Below are positions 7,927 through 17,313 of a DNA stretch of 35,397 bases, one piece after another. Numbering within the stretch: position 1 is the stretch's first letter; the number at the start of each line of letters is the position of its first letter. Below the pieces are notes generated by a model. The model made no database searches. It was not told the origin of the DNA and worked only from the letters and a program-made list of their open reading frames with translations. The stretch comes from Nannocystis pusilla. GTDB lineage: Bacteria; Myxococcota_A; Polyangia; Nannocystales; Nannocystaceae. A program made the translations under genes and the position numbers. The stretch lies in NCBI RefSeq assembly GCF_049337375.1, contig NZ_JBMPIV010000015.1, one strand, 5' to 3'.

Positions 7927-9027
7927 ATGACGACCACGACTCGCCTCCTCACCTTGTCCTCGCTCTTCCTCGCACTGCCGGCCTGTGACTCGAAGGTCGA
8001 GGGTCATCACGCGAACGACGGCGACTCCGCGGCCGGCGAGGGCGACAGCGAGGGCGCCGAGGAAGGCGAGGGCGACAGCGAGGGCGAGGTCAAGAGTGAG
8101 GACGAAGGCGAGCCCGAGCCCAAGGCGGACTTCGGCCGCGCGGGCGAGATCTGCGACCAGTCCCAGCTGTCCGGCGAGTGTCAGATCGACGGCGTCGCCG
8201 GCCTCGAGTTCTGCGTGTGGTCGCTCGAACAGTACAACCACATCTGGACCGCCTGTCTGACGGAGACGTGCGCCAAGGAGGGCGACTCGCGCGCCTGTGA
8301 GGGCGGCACCCAGCACTGCGTCGCTTACGAGGCGACCCCCGACACCGGCGAGACGCGCTGGGGCGAGTGCGGCGAGGCCGACGAGTGCAAGCCGGGCGAC
8401 AGTCAGTCGTGCGGCTTCGGCGAGGAAGAGTTCGACATCGACATGGGCTGCATGGTCGACGAGGAGACCGGCCGCCACGTGTGGAACTGGGAAGACTGCA
8501 ACACCCCGCTGGTGCTGAGCTTCGGCGATGCCATCGAGTTCGCGCCGACCTCCGCCGCGGCGGCGGACTTCGACATCCACGGCGGCGCCGGCAGCTGCGC
8601 CCGCGCCGACTGGCCGACGGCCACCACCCCGTGGCTCGCGCTCGACCGCGACGGCAACGGCAGCATCGACGGCGGCCAGGAGCTGTTCGGCGCCGCCACC
8701 CGCCTGTCCTTCGGGTCAGGTGTGCACAACGGCTTCCAGGCCCTCGCCGAGCTCGACAGCGACCACGACGGCAAGATCACCGCCGCGGACGCGCGCTGGG
8801 GCGAGCTGATGCTGTGGGCCGACCACGACGCCGACCGTCGCTCGAGCGGCTGGGAGATGCTCCCGCTCGCGAGCTTCGAGATCGTCGAGATCGATCTCGG
8901 CTTCACCACCCGCCGCGAGTGCGATGCGCGCGGCAACTGCGGGCTCGAGCGCGCCAGCTTCGTCTACCGCACCGCCGGCCAGCAGCGCACCGGCGAGGTC
9001 GTCGACGTGCGCGTCGCCTGCGAATGA
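7927..9027 (+). CDS. secreted Cys-rich lipoprotein with acidic linker and DxDxDG calcium-binding-like motifs
   Basis: Signal peptide plus lipobox LALPACD; motifs LDRDGNGSIDGGQE and LDSDHDGKITAAD. Confidence 0.7.
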   Translation: MTTTTRLLTLSSLFLALPACDSKVEGHHANDGDSAAGEGDSEGAEEGEGDSEGEVKSEDEGEPEPKADFGRAGEICDQSQLSGECQIDGVAGLEFCVWSLEQYNHIWTACLTETCAKEGDSRACEGGTQHCVAYEATPDTGETRWGECGEADECKPGDSQSCGFGEEEFDIDMGCMVDEETGRHVWNWEDCNTPLVLSFGDAIEFAPTSAAAADFDIHGGAGSCARADWPTATTPWLALDRDGNGSIDGGQELFGAATRLSFGSGVHNGFQALAELDSDHDGKITAADARWGELMLWADHDADRRSSGWEMLPLASFEIVEIDLGFTTRRECDARGNCGLERASFVYRTAGQQRTGEVVDVRVACE

Positions 9028-9078
9028 GAGGACATGGCTGCGGGGCGGGGCGCGAGCCATCGCCTCCGCCCGGGCTGC

Positions 9079-10200
9079 TCACCCCGACGCCCCCAGCAAC
9101 TGCTGCCCGAGCGCCTCGGGGCAGCGCCACACATCTGCCACCGGCTCGTACGTACATATCGTCGAGCGGGCGCTCGATCGCGGCCCGGCCGGCGGCTGAT
9201 CGTCCGCGGCGATGTCCGTGAGCCGGCTGGTCTCGCGCAGCTGCAGGTCCGCGTGCCCGTCGCCGTCGACATCGCGGGCCAGCCACACCGTCTCCGCCGT
9301 CGACTCGCTGCCCCCGACATCCTCCGCGCGCATCACGTGCCGACGCGTCGCCGAGAACTGCACGTGCAGATCGGCCACCTCGAGGATGAACCCGACTTCA
9401 CCGCTCTCGTGGTCCATCGCCTGGTCGTGCTGCGGCCGCTCGACCGGCACGATCACCGTCAGCTCCGAGCGCCCGTCACCGTCGACGTCGTACACCTTGA
9501 ACTTGTGGGGCACGTCGTCGACCCGCATCGACCCCTCGAACAGCCGCCTCCGCCCCAGCACCGCGCCGTCGCGCACGCGCGCGACCTCCCACGCGAACAC
9601 CTCGCGTCCGGCCGCCGACCACATCACATACGGATCGGCGATCGCCCCCGCGAGGCACACGCTGAGCTCCCCCGGTGTCCCTTCGCACGCGTCCACCTGC
9701 GCCTCCAACCCCGTCAGCGCCGCCTCGAGCCGCCCCGCTCGCCGCTCCTGTGCCTGCCACGCCCGCGCCCCGTACCAGCGCAGCAACACCAGCTCGTCGC
9801 GCCCGACCGCCCTTCGATCGACCACCTCGATCACCTCCGCGTCTTCCCCTGCGAGCACCCGGCCCAGCGCCGCGAGCTCGACCGCCGACCCAGCGGGCGG
9901 AGCGACATCCGGCCTCGGCGCCTCGGCGACCTGCGACGCGACATCCTTGGCCACAACGACCTCCGTCCCGGGTCCGACATCCTTGCCCTGGGCGACCTCC
10001 TCCGACCCGACCGCCGCGCCATCCTTCGCCGCCACTACCGTGTCTGCGGCTCGATCCGCCGCGACCTGCCCGGCCGGCCCAGCCGCGACCTCGGGCTTCC
10101 CGTCACTCGCTCGCCCACCCGTCCCCTCGCTGGCCGTACAGCCCATCGCACCGCTCAGCGCGACGATCCACCCGAGCGCGCGTGGTCTAGAGAGCGACAT
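9079..10200 (-). CDS. lipoprotein with FG-GAP/VCBS-like DxDGDG repeats
   Basis: Start at M96 of ORF 9079..10485 (MSLSRPRALGWIVALSGAMGCT, lipobox); motifs VYDVDGDGRSEL and DVDGDGHADL. Confidence 0.6.
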   Translation of the reverse strand: MSLSRPRALGWIVALSGAMGCTASEGTGGRASDGKPEVAAGPAGQVAADRAADTVVAAKDGAAVGSEEVAQGKDVGPGTEVVVAKDVASQVAEAPRPDVAPPAGSAVELAALGRVLAGEDAEVIEVVDRRAVGRDELVLLRWYGARAWQAQERRAGRLEAALTGLEAQVDACEGTPGELSVCLAGAIADPYVMWSAAGREVFAWEVARVRDGAVLGRRRLFEGSMRVDDVPHKFKVYDVDGDGRSELTVIVPVERPQHDQAMDHESGEVGFILEVADLHVQFSATRRHVMRAEDVGGSESTAETVWLARDVDGDGHADLQLRETSRLTDIAADDQPPAGPRSSARSTICTYEPVADVWRCPEALGQQLLGASG

Positions 10201-10595
10201 GCGGCCAGTCAGCCACGCTCTCCCCGCCGCGTCAACCAGTCCGCGCGCGCGATCACCCGCTCTGAGAAAAGACACCGGGTCAAATCGTTGTTCAGGAGGC
10301 TGCTGCGACGAAATCGTGGATCGACTGCGCGTCGCTCGAATCGCTGGTGTGCGGCAACCTGTCCGTGCTGCTCGCCGTGCACCGCCGGCACTTCTACAAG
10401 GCCATCGGATACTACGAGGTGACCGGGGTGGGCGTGGAGCAGCCGGGTCAACCACGCGCTCTACGACCTCTACCCCGGCGCCCACGGTGGGCCGCGACTA
10501 CTTGACGCCCGTGAGCGTCCCGCGCTTCTCTGACCATCATGCGCTGTGCGGCCATTCAGGCCAGCGCCGTCGGGACGGGCGAGAGGCGGTCTGCG

Positions 10596-11050
10596 ATGCA
10601 CGATTCATCGCCCACCGGGTCGGAGCGACAGATTCTTCGCCCCACGGGTATGTTCATACCTCGGGGATACAGCCACGGCGTCCGCACGTCCGGCGGAGCG
10701 CTGATCTGCGTCGCCGGCCAGTCCGGGCGCGATTCAAGCGGCGCGTTGCGACGGTGAGGTCGTGGCGCAGACCCGTCAGGCGCTGATCAACCGTCGTCGC
10801 GGCCGGTGGGGGCACCATGGCCGCCGTCGTCCGGCTCGGCGTGCCGGTGACGAACATGGCCGACTTTCTCGCCCACTCGGTCGAGCTGGCGCTGCTGTTC
10901 CGGATGTTCTTCACCGCTGGCCTGCCAGCGATGTCGCTGCCCGAGGTCGTGCGCTTCATGGATCCCGCCGTGCTGATCGAGGTCGACGCGATGGCCGTCG
11001 TCTCCGAGCGGACGCCAGGGTCGCGCGCGTGCTTGGGCTGCAGGACGTGA
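10596..11050 (+). pseudogene. RidA/YjgF/TdcF-family (reactive-intermediate deaminase) pseudogene disrupted by two frameshifts
   Basis: RidA-like segments in three frames: MHDSS…FIPRGYSHGVRTSGGALICVAGQSGRD (frame 0), GEVVAQTRQALIN (frame 1), MAAVVRLGVPVTNMADFLAHSVEL…PAVLIEVDAMAVV (frame 2); shifts near 10745 and 10790. Confidence 0.55.
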
Positions 11051-11408
11051 CAGGAGATCCGGTCCTGCGAAGGAACGCACGTTCGGCTGGTAGGAATGAG
11101 CCGGGGGGCATACGCCTGAAGATGGCGCTCGCCGCGCTGTCGATCGCGTGCGGCCGTCGACGCGCTCCTGGACCTGACATCCCGGCTTCGCGCCGCGGTC
11201 GCGCCGGCGGAGACTGCCGTGGTTGCTAGCGAACACACCTTACGACGAGGCGGTGGTCCATTCATCGAAGTGCGGGTCTCCCCGTGGCCCCCAGGGCGGG
11301 GCGGAGCCGCCCCGGCCGCGCGAAATGCCTCCACGGCATGAACGCGATTCGGGTCGGGACCGAGAGCAATGCTCATAGCCGCGCTCGCGCGGGCGAAGGA
11401 TGAAGTTT

Positions 11409-12752
11409 ATGAACAGATTCACTCTCTCTCGACGAACGATGCTCCGAGGGGCAGCCGGCGTGTGCGTGGCGCTACCCTTCCTCGAAGTCATGGCGCGACC
11501 CGGCGGCGCGGGCCCGCGGCCGCGAGCGGCCCATCCGCGGCGCTTTATCGTGTTCTATACGCCGAACGGCACGGTGATGAAGAATTGGCGGCCGTCGGGT
11601 GACGCGGACGCATTCACGCTCTCGCCGATCTTGCAGCCGCTGGAGCCCTTCAAGCAGGAACTCGTCATCGTCGACGGCGTCGACGCGCTGTCGGCCTATC
11701 ACGGGCCGGGAGACGCCCACCAGAAGGGGACGGGGCAGGCGCTGACCGGCACCCAGCTGCAAGAGGGCAATTTCAAGGGCAGCAGCGACTTCACGGCCGG
11801 GTGGGCCGATGGCATCTCGATCGATCAGAAGATCGCCGACGCGATCGCGGGCTCGACGAAGTTTCGCTCGCTCGAGTTCGGGGTTCGCATCAAGGGCGCC
11901 ACGGTCAGCTCGCGGATCTCCTACCGCGGCCCGGCGCAGCCGCTCCCTCCCGAGGTCGATCCGGCGGCGGGTTTCGCCCGGATCTTCGGCGACCTCCATC
12001 TGTCCGCCGACGAGCGCGCGCGCAAGATCGCCGAGCGCCGCAGGGTCCTCGACGCAGTCGCGGCGGACTACGAGCGGCTCCTGCCGAGGGTCGGGGCGGC
12101 CGACCGGATCAAGCTGGAGGCGCACCTCGAGGCGGTCCGCGACATCGAGGGGCGGCTCGAGTCCGGGTACGACGACAGTGGCGTGTGTGCGCCGCCCGAG
12201 CTCTCCGACGAGCCCGACCTGCAGACGCTGGCGAAGGTCCCGGCGCTCGGCAAGCTGCAGATGGATCTCCTCGCCATGGCGATCGCCTGCGACCTGACTC
12301 GAGTGGCGTCGATCATGTGGGCGAACTCCTCGAACATCGACCCGTTTCCGTGGCTGTCGATCCACGAGGCGCACCACGAGCTGTCTCACCGCGGGGACGG
12401 CGACGACGACGCGCAGGAGAAGTTGACGAAGATCAACACCTGGTACGCCGAGCAGTTCGCTTATCTGCTCGCCAGACTGAGGGCGATCCCCGAAGGCGAC
12501 GGCACGGTCCTGGACAACACGCTGGTGGTGTGGGTCAACGAGCATCAGAAGGGCAATAACCACGATCGCAGTCAGATGCCCTACGTCCTCGCCGGGAAGG
12601 CGGGCGGCGCGGTGAAGACGGGCCGCTGGCTGCGGGTCGACGGCGAAGTGCCGCACAACAACCTCTGGGTCGGCTGCATGCACGCGATGAGGATCGACGA
12701 GATGAGCTTCGGCAACCCCAAGTACTGCACCGGCGCCCTGAGCCTGGCCTGA
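11409..12752 (+). CDS. DUF1552-family protein with twin-arginine signal
   Basis: SRRTMLRGAAGVCVALPFLEVMA Tat-like signal; length and motifs (HELSHRG…, VWVNEHQKGNNHD) fit DUF1552 as I recall it; AAGGA Shine-Dalgarno 9 nt before ATG 11409 (the ORF opens at 11400). Confidence 0.75.
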   Translation: MNRFTLSRRTMLRGAAGVCVALPFLEVMARPGGAGPRPRAAHPRRFIVFYTPNGTVMKNWRPSGDADAFTLSPILQPLEPFKQELVIVDGVDALSAYHGPGDAHQKGTGQALTGTQLQEGNFKGSSDFTAGWADGISIDQKIADAIAGSTKFRSLEFGVRIKGATVSSRISYRGPAQPLPPEVDPAAGFARIFGDLHLSADERARKIAERRRVLDAVAADYERLLPRVGAADRIKLEAHLEAVRDIEGRLESGYDDSGVCAPPELSDEPDLQTLAKVPALGKLQMDLLAMAIACDLTRVASIMWANSSNIDPFPWLSIHEAHHELSHRGDGDDDAQEKLTKINTWYAEQFAYLLARLRAIPEGDGTVLDNTLVVWVNEHQKGNNHDRSQMPYVLAGKAGGAVKTGRWLRVDGEVPHNNLWVGCMHAMRIDEMSFGNPKYCTGALSLA

Positions 12753-13158
12753 GGGCCGCGTGCGGCAGGGCGCCGGGGCAGGGGCATCGGTGGCCGGAGG
12801 GCCCGTGCGGGCCGGGTCCGCGCACGCGGTCCGCGGCCGCGACCCACGTCGGCCGGAAGCGAGAGCGCCATGAAGCCGCGTACGCTGTCGATCCGGGGCT
12901 CGGGCGGTTCGTCCCGTGCAACGCGGTCACGTCGCTCTCTCCCTTGCTCTCGCCGCCTGACCACCGCTACCGTGGCGGGGTGCCGGTCCTCGCGCGGATC
13001 CTCGGCCTCGCCGCCGCGCATGCGGGCGTTCGCGGCCCCGACCGTGTCCGGTGCGGCCCTGGTCGACCTTCACGGCGCGCTCGAACGCCCGCCCCGACGC
13101 GACCTTTCCTTTCGAACCTGTCGCTTCAGACAGCCTCCATGCCACGCTCGAGCGAGCC

Positions 13159-13950
13159 ATGACCGACACGAACACCTACGCCCTCGCTGACGCCGCCCAC
13201 GACGCCGAGCTCGCCCGCCTGCGGACCATCGAGGCCGACTGGGACGCCAAGACGCGGCGGCACCTCCAGGACCTCGGGCTCGGGCCGGGACATCGCTGCC
13301 TCGAAGTCGGCGCCGGGGCCGGCGGCGTCGCCAGATGGCTCTCGGGACAGGTCGGTCCGGGCGGCAAGGTCGTCGCCACCGACATCGACCCGCGCTTCCT
13401 CGCCGACCTGAACGCCGACAACATCGAGGTGCGCCGCCACGACATCGCCGTCGACCCGCTCGAGACCGACAGCTACGACCTGGTCCATTGCCGCGTCCTT
13501 CTGATCCACATGCGCGACCCGGCGGCCGTGCTGCAGCGGATGTTCGCCGCCCTGCGGCCGGGCGGCGCCTTCCTGTTCGAGGAGACCACCGGCCGCGCGG
13601 GCTCCGGCGCTCCCGGCTGGAGCGGCGCCGCGGCCTTCGACCGCGCCGAGGCGCGATACCTCGCCATGCTCGCGGCGATCGGCGTGCGGATGACCTACGG
13701 CGCCCATCTGCCGGGCCTGCTGCTCGGGCTCGGCGCGGTCGACGTCGGCGCCGAGGAGACCGCACACCTGCTGCGACCCGGCCCGCAGCTCGCCCTCAGG
13801 CTGGCGACCGTACGAGCCTTGCGCCCCCACGCGGTCGCCTCCGGCTCGTTCACGGAGGCCGAAATCGACGAGTACTGCGCCCTGCTCGCCGACCCCGACC
13901 TCGTCGCCGTCAACTCGCCCCTGATCAGCGTGTGGGGCCGCAGGCCCTGA
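13159..13950 (+). CDS. class I SAM-dependent methyltransferase
   Basis: Motif I LEVGAGAGGVARWL and acidic-loop VVATDID; start at M37 of ORF 13051..13950. Confidence 0.75.
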   Translation: MTDTNTYALADAAHDAELARLRTIEADWDAKTRRHLQDLGLGPGHRCLEVGAGAGGVARWLSGQVGPGGKVVATDIDPRFLADLNADNIEVRRHDIAVDPLETDSYDLVHCRVLLIHMRDPAAVLQRMFAALRPGGAFLFEETTGRAGSGAPGWSGAAAFDRAEARYLAMLAAIGVRMTYGAHLPGLLLGLGAVDVGAEETAHLLRPGPQLALRLATVRALRPHAVASGSFTEAEIDEYCALLADPDLVAVNSPLISVWGRRP

Positions 13951-14215
13951 TCGAGGCGGTCGCGCGGGGCATCGTCGCCGCGAGCGGGGAGCGCGAAGAG
14001 GAGCGAGGCTGGCCGATGAGACATGTGGGGTGAACCGGACGTTGGCATATGCAGGCGGGCTGGACGGGAAAGGCCCGCGAGGGCCGGCCAGGGCCTCGTC
14101 GACGCAGGTTGGGAGCGAACGGCCGGTGGCCGGTGGTGAGGCGAGGTCGGTGCGACGGCGCGCCGAACACGGTCGACGGCGGGGCGACGATGAGGCCGGG
14201 GTCGTGACAGTTCGC

Positions 14216-14273
14216 TGCACAAAGTCCGCCGAGTGTGCAATGGTGGCTTGCACAAAGTCGTCGCCGTGTGCAA
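14216..14273. promoter_or_regulatory. two tandem palindromic operators (TGCACA-N12-TGTGCA, 31-bp period) immediately upstream of the TetR gene; probable autoregulatory TetR operators
   Basis: cTGCACAAAGTCCGCCGAGTGTGCAAtgg and cTTGCACAAAGTCGTCGCCGTGTGCAAtgc read directly from the sequence. Confidence 0.6.
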
Positions 14274-14286
14274 TGCTGCATCGACG

Positions 14287-14979
14287 GTGAACGGGTCCAG
14301 GGGCAACGGCGAGACGCGCGAGGCGATCCTCGACGCCACCGATCGGCTGCTGACGACCCGGGGGTTCCGCAGCGTGACGATGGACGATATCGCCGGCGAG
14401 GCGGGGGTCAGCCGCCGGACTGTCTACATGTACTTCCCGAGCAAGGAAGAGGTCGGGCTGTCGTCGATCGACCGGGTGGTAGCGCAGACCTACGCACGGC
14501 TGGCGGCGCTGGCCGGCGGGGGCGGCGATCCGGCCGAGGTGCTGCGCGCGGTGCTGATCGAGCGGGTGCTGCGGCGGCTCGACAGCGTCAGCGCGTACCG
14601 CCAGAGCCTCGACGAGCTGTTCGAGGCGGTGCGGCCGGGGTACATGGCCCGAAGGACAGCCCACATGGAGCGCGAGGTGGCGCTGGTGGCCGGGATCCTG
14701 GCGGCCGGCGTGGCGTGCGGGCGGTTCGAGCTCGAGGACGCGGCGGCGACGGCGTCGACCCTGGTGAAGGCGACCAACGCGTTCCTGCCGTACAGCCTGA
14801 GCGTCGCCGAGCTCGGCGAGCGGGCGAAGGTCGAGGTCGAGGTCCGGCGCATGGCGGCGCTGCTGCTGAAGAGCGTGGTCGCGCCGGAGCCTCGACGTGG
14901 GGCGAAGCGGCCGACGCGGGCGAAGCCGACACGGGGCAAGCCGGCGCGGGCGCGAGCTCGGACGCGTGGCGCGAAGTGA
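14287..14979 (+). CDS. TetR-family transcriptional regulator
   Basis: N-terminal HTH (ETREAILDATDRLLTTRGFRSVTMDDIAGEAGVSRRTVYMYFPSKEE); GTG start at 14287 downstream of the operators (the ORF's ATG at 14233 lies inside operator 1). Confidence 0.75.
   Translation: MNGSRGNGETREAILDATDRLLTTRGFRSVTMDDIAGEAGVSRRTVYMYFPSKEEVGLSSIDRVVAQTYARLAALAGGGGDPAEVLRAVLIERVLRRLDSVSAYRQSLDELFEAVRPGYMARRTAHMEREVALVAGILAAGVACGRFELEDAAATASTLVKATNAFLPYSLSVAELGERAKVEVEVRRMAALLLKSVVAPEPRRGAKRPTRAKPTRGKPARARARTRGAK
14641..14670. repeat. repeat-family copy (TACATGGCCCGAAGGACAGCCCACATGG) inside the TetR coding sequence
   Basis: shares the GACATGGCCCGAAG extension with copies at 20946 and 30573; atypical codons cga agg aca. 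Confidence 0.5.
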
Positions 14980-15000
14980 AGACAAGGAGGTGAGACGAAG

Positions 15001-16134
15001 ATGCGATTGTCGACAGTGATCCTCGGTTGGTTGGCGCTATCCACGGTGCACACGATCGGTTGCGCGAAGGCGGCGGTCGCCAGTCCGGACGCGACGCCGC
15101 CGACCTCCGGCGGGCCGCAGATGGCCGTGCCGAAGGCGCCGCCGCCGAGAGGACCGGACGGGCCGATCACCGCGGCGGAGCGCGAGGAGGCGGTCGAGGC
15201 GCTGGCGCGCGAGCTGACGGCGAAGTACGTGTTCCCGGACAAGGCGAACGAGGTGGCCAGGGTGATCCGCGCCCGCCGCAAGCGCGGCGAGTACGACAAG
15301 ATCACGACGGGCCACGCGCTGGCGACGACGCTGACGAACGACATCAACGAGGTGCTGCGTGACGCGCACTTCCACGTCCGCTTCAGCAAGGAGACGCTGC
15401 CGCCGCAGCAGACCGAGGGGAAGCCGTCGGCCGAGGAGCTGGCCCGCTTCGAGGACTTCTCGCGCCGCATGAACGGAGGGTTCGAGAAGGTCGAGCGGCT
15501 GCCCGGCAACATCGGCTACCTGGAAGTCCGCGGGTTCGCCTTCCCCGGCCGCGGGTTCGAGGCGGCGTCGGCGGCGATGGCGTTCCTGGCGGAGACCGAC
15601 GCGCTGATCGTCGACCTCCGCCGCAACGGGGGCGGGTCGCCGGAGATGGTGGCGTACCTGTGCAGCTATCTGTTCGACGAGCGGGTCCACCTGAACGACC
15701 TGTACTTTCGGCCAGCCAACGAGACGCGCCAGTTCTGGACGGCGCCGGTGCCGGGCAAGTCCTACGTGGGCCGCGAGGTCTACGTGCTGACGAGCCCGCG
15801 CACCGGCTCGGCGGCGGAGGAGTTCGCGTACAACCTGAAGAACCTGGGGCGGGCGACGATCGTCGGCGAGGTGACGTGGGGCGGGGCAAACCCGGGCGAT
15901 ATGGTGCGCCTCGGCGACCACTTCAGGGCGTTCGTGCCGACGGGCCGGGCGATAAACCCGATCTCGAAGACGAACTGGGAGGGGGTGGGCGTGCAACCCG
16001 ACATCGCAGTGCCGGCCGAGGACGCGCTGCGGGTGGTCCAGGTCAAGCTGATCGAGCAGCAGATCGCCAAGGCGACGGACCCGGAGCTGAAGGCGGAGCT
16101 GGAGGAGCGGCTCCGCGAGCTGCAGCCGAAGTGA
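15001..16134 (+). CDS. S41-family (tail-specific/IRBP-type) peptidase lipoprotein
   Basis: AAGGAGGTGA Shine-Dalgarno before ATG 15001; lipobox HTIGCAK; motifs LIVDLRRNGGG and TGSAAEEFAYNLK. Confidence 0.85.
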   Translation: MRLSTVILGWLALSTVHTIGCAKAAVASPDATPPTSGGPQMAVPKAPPPRGPDGPITAAEREEAVEALARELTAKYVFPDKANEVARVIRARRKRGEYDKITTGHALATTLTNDINEVLRDAHFHVRFSKETLPPQQTEGKPSAEELARFEDFSRRMNGGFEKVERLPGNIGYLEVRGFAFPGRGFEAASAAMAFLAETDALIVDLRRNGGGSPEMVAYLCSYLFDERVHLNDLYFRPANETRQFWTAPVPGKSYVGREVYVLTSPRTGSAAEEFAYNLKNLGRATIVGEVTWGGANPGDMVRLGDHFRAFVPTGRAINPISKTNWEGVGVQPDIAVPAEDALRVVQVKLIEQQIAKATDPELKAELEERLRELQPK

Positions 16135-16148
16135 GGCGCGGCAGGGCG

Positions 16149-16388
16149 GGAGGACATGTCCGAGAGGACCTGTCTCGTGCGTGCGGAGGTCCGTGGGGAC
16201 ATGTCCTCTCGGACACTCCCGAGGGGACATGGCGGAGCGTCCGCGCGGCGCGCCCGTGCCGGCGCCGCGGGGAGGCGGTCTTTCGGGACATGTCCTTGCA
16301 GACATTTCCGCTGAGCTGGCGTCGGAGCGGCGCTCTCGTGGCCAGTTTTGTGTGTGGTGGTATTTGGGGACATGTCCTATCGGACGTG
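16149..16388. repeat. four repeat-family copies in the convergent intergenic gap between the S41 peptidase and SDR genes
   Basis: GGGAGGACATGTCCGAGAGGACCTGTCTCG; GGGGACATGTCCTCTCGGACACTCCCGAGGGGACATGGCGG; CGGGACATGTCCTTGCAGACATTTC; TTTTGTGTGTGGTGGTATTTGGGGACATGTCCTATCGGACGTGG. Confidence 0.85.
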
Positions 16389-16423
16389 GCCGACGAGACA
16401 GCAGGTTGGCGTCGGAGCGGCGC

Positions 16424-17188
16424 TCACATGGCGAGCTGGGCGCCGTCGATCGCCAGCGAGTGGCCGGAGATGAAGGCGGCGTCGTCGCTGCTGAGCCAGG
16501 CGATCGCGCGGCCCACCTCGTCGGCGCGGCCGGGGCGGCCCATCGGGATGGCGGAGATGACGGGCTCCATGACGGCGGGGAAGTTCGCCAGAGCGTTGTC
16601 GACCATCGGCGTGCCGGTGATGGCGGTCGGGGCGACGCAGTTGACGCGGATGCCCTGCCTGGCGTGGCCGAGGGCGGCGGAGCGGGTGATGCCGAGGACC
16701 GCGTGCTTGGTGGCGACGTAGGCCGAACCGGTGGGGGTGCCGACGTGAGAGAGGATCGAGGCGACGTTGACGATGCTGCCGCCGCCGCCCTGGGCGACCA
16801 TCTGCTTCAGCTGGTGCTTCATGCCGAGCAGGGTGCCGCGGACGTTGACGGCCATCATGCGATCGAAGGCGGCGCCGTCGACGTCGGTGACGGGGCCGAA
16901 GTCCTCGCAGATCCCGGCGGAGTTGACGGCGCAGTCGAGGCGGCCGAACTCGGCGACGGTGGCGGCGACGCCGGCGACGATGTCGTCCTCGACGGTGACG
17001 TCGAGAGGGACGAAGAGCGCCGGGGTGCCGCGGGCGCGCAGCTGCTCGACGACGCCCTGCCCCTCGGCCCGGCGACGCGCAGCGACCACGACCCTGGCCC
17101 CGGCGTCGGCGAAGGCGAAGGCGGTGGCCTTGCCGATGCCCGAGTTGCCGCCGACGATCAGCGCGACCTTGTCTCGCAACGAAACCAT
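16424..17188 (-). CDS. SDR-family oxidoreductase
   Basis: ALIVGGNSGIGKA Rossmann motif; catalytic Y-x3-K (YVATKHAV); start at M44 of ORF 16424..17317. Confidence 0.85.
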   Translation of the reverse strand: MVSLRDKVALIVGGNSGIGKATAFAFADAGARVVVAARRRAEGQGVVEQLRARGTPALFVPLDVTVEDDIVAGVAATVAEFGRLDCAVNSAGICEDFGPVTDVDGAAFDRMMAVNVRGTLLGMKHQLKQMVAQGGGGSIVNVASILSHVGTPTGSAYVATKHAVLGITRSAALGHARQGIRVNCVAPTAITGTPMVDNALANFPAVMEPVISAIPMGRPGRADEVGRAIAWLSSDDAAFISGHSLAIDGAQLAM

Positions 17189-17313
17189 AGTGCGAGCATA
17201 ACCAAAAGGCGCGGGCGATTCGGCGGCGCGGCAACGCTCGCGGCGGACGCGGAGGTCTTCATGCTTGAGGCGGCAGGCTGCCCTGGGCCAAGAACCGGGA
17301 CGCGAACGCGGCG

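Noticed and set aside
10209-10560. Protein-like stretch (…NLSVLLAVHRRHFYKAIGYYEVTGVGVEQPG…) in the promoter region upstream of the FG-GAP lipoprotein
   Set aside because: No start codon or continuous frame. The best interpretation is a non-coding promoter region or a very decayed gene remnant.
13333-13360. CTCTCGGGACAGGTCGGTCC in the methyltransferase gene as a repeat copy
   Set aside because: It encodes the expected post-motif-I segment (ARWLSGQVGPGG) with normal codon usage. Likely chance similarity. Listed only as a weak copy.
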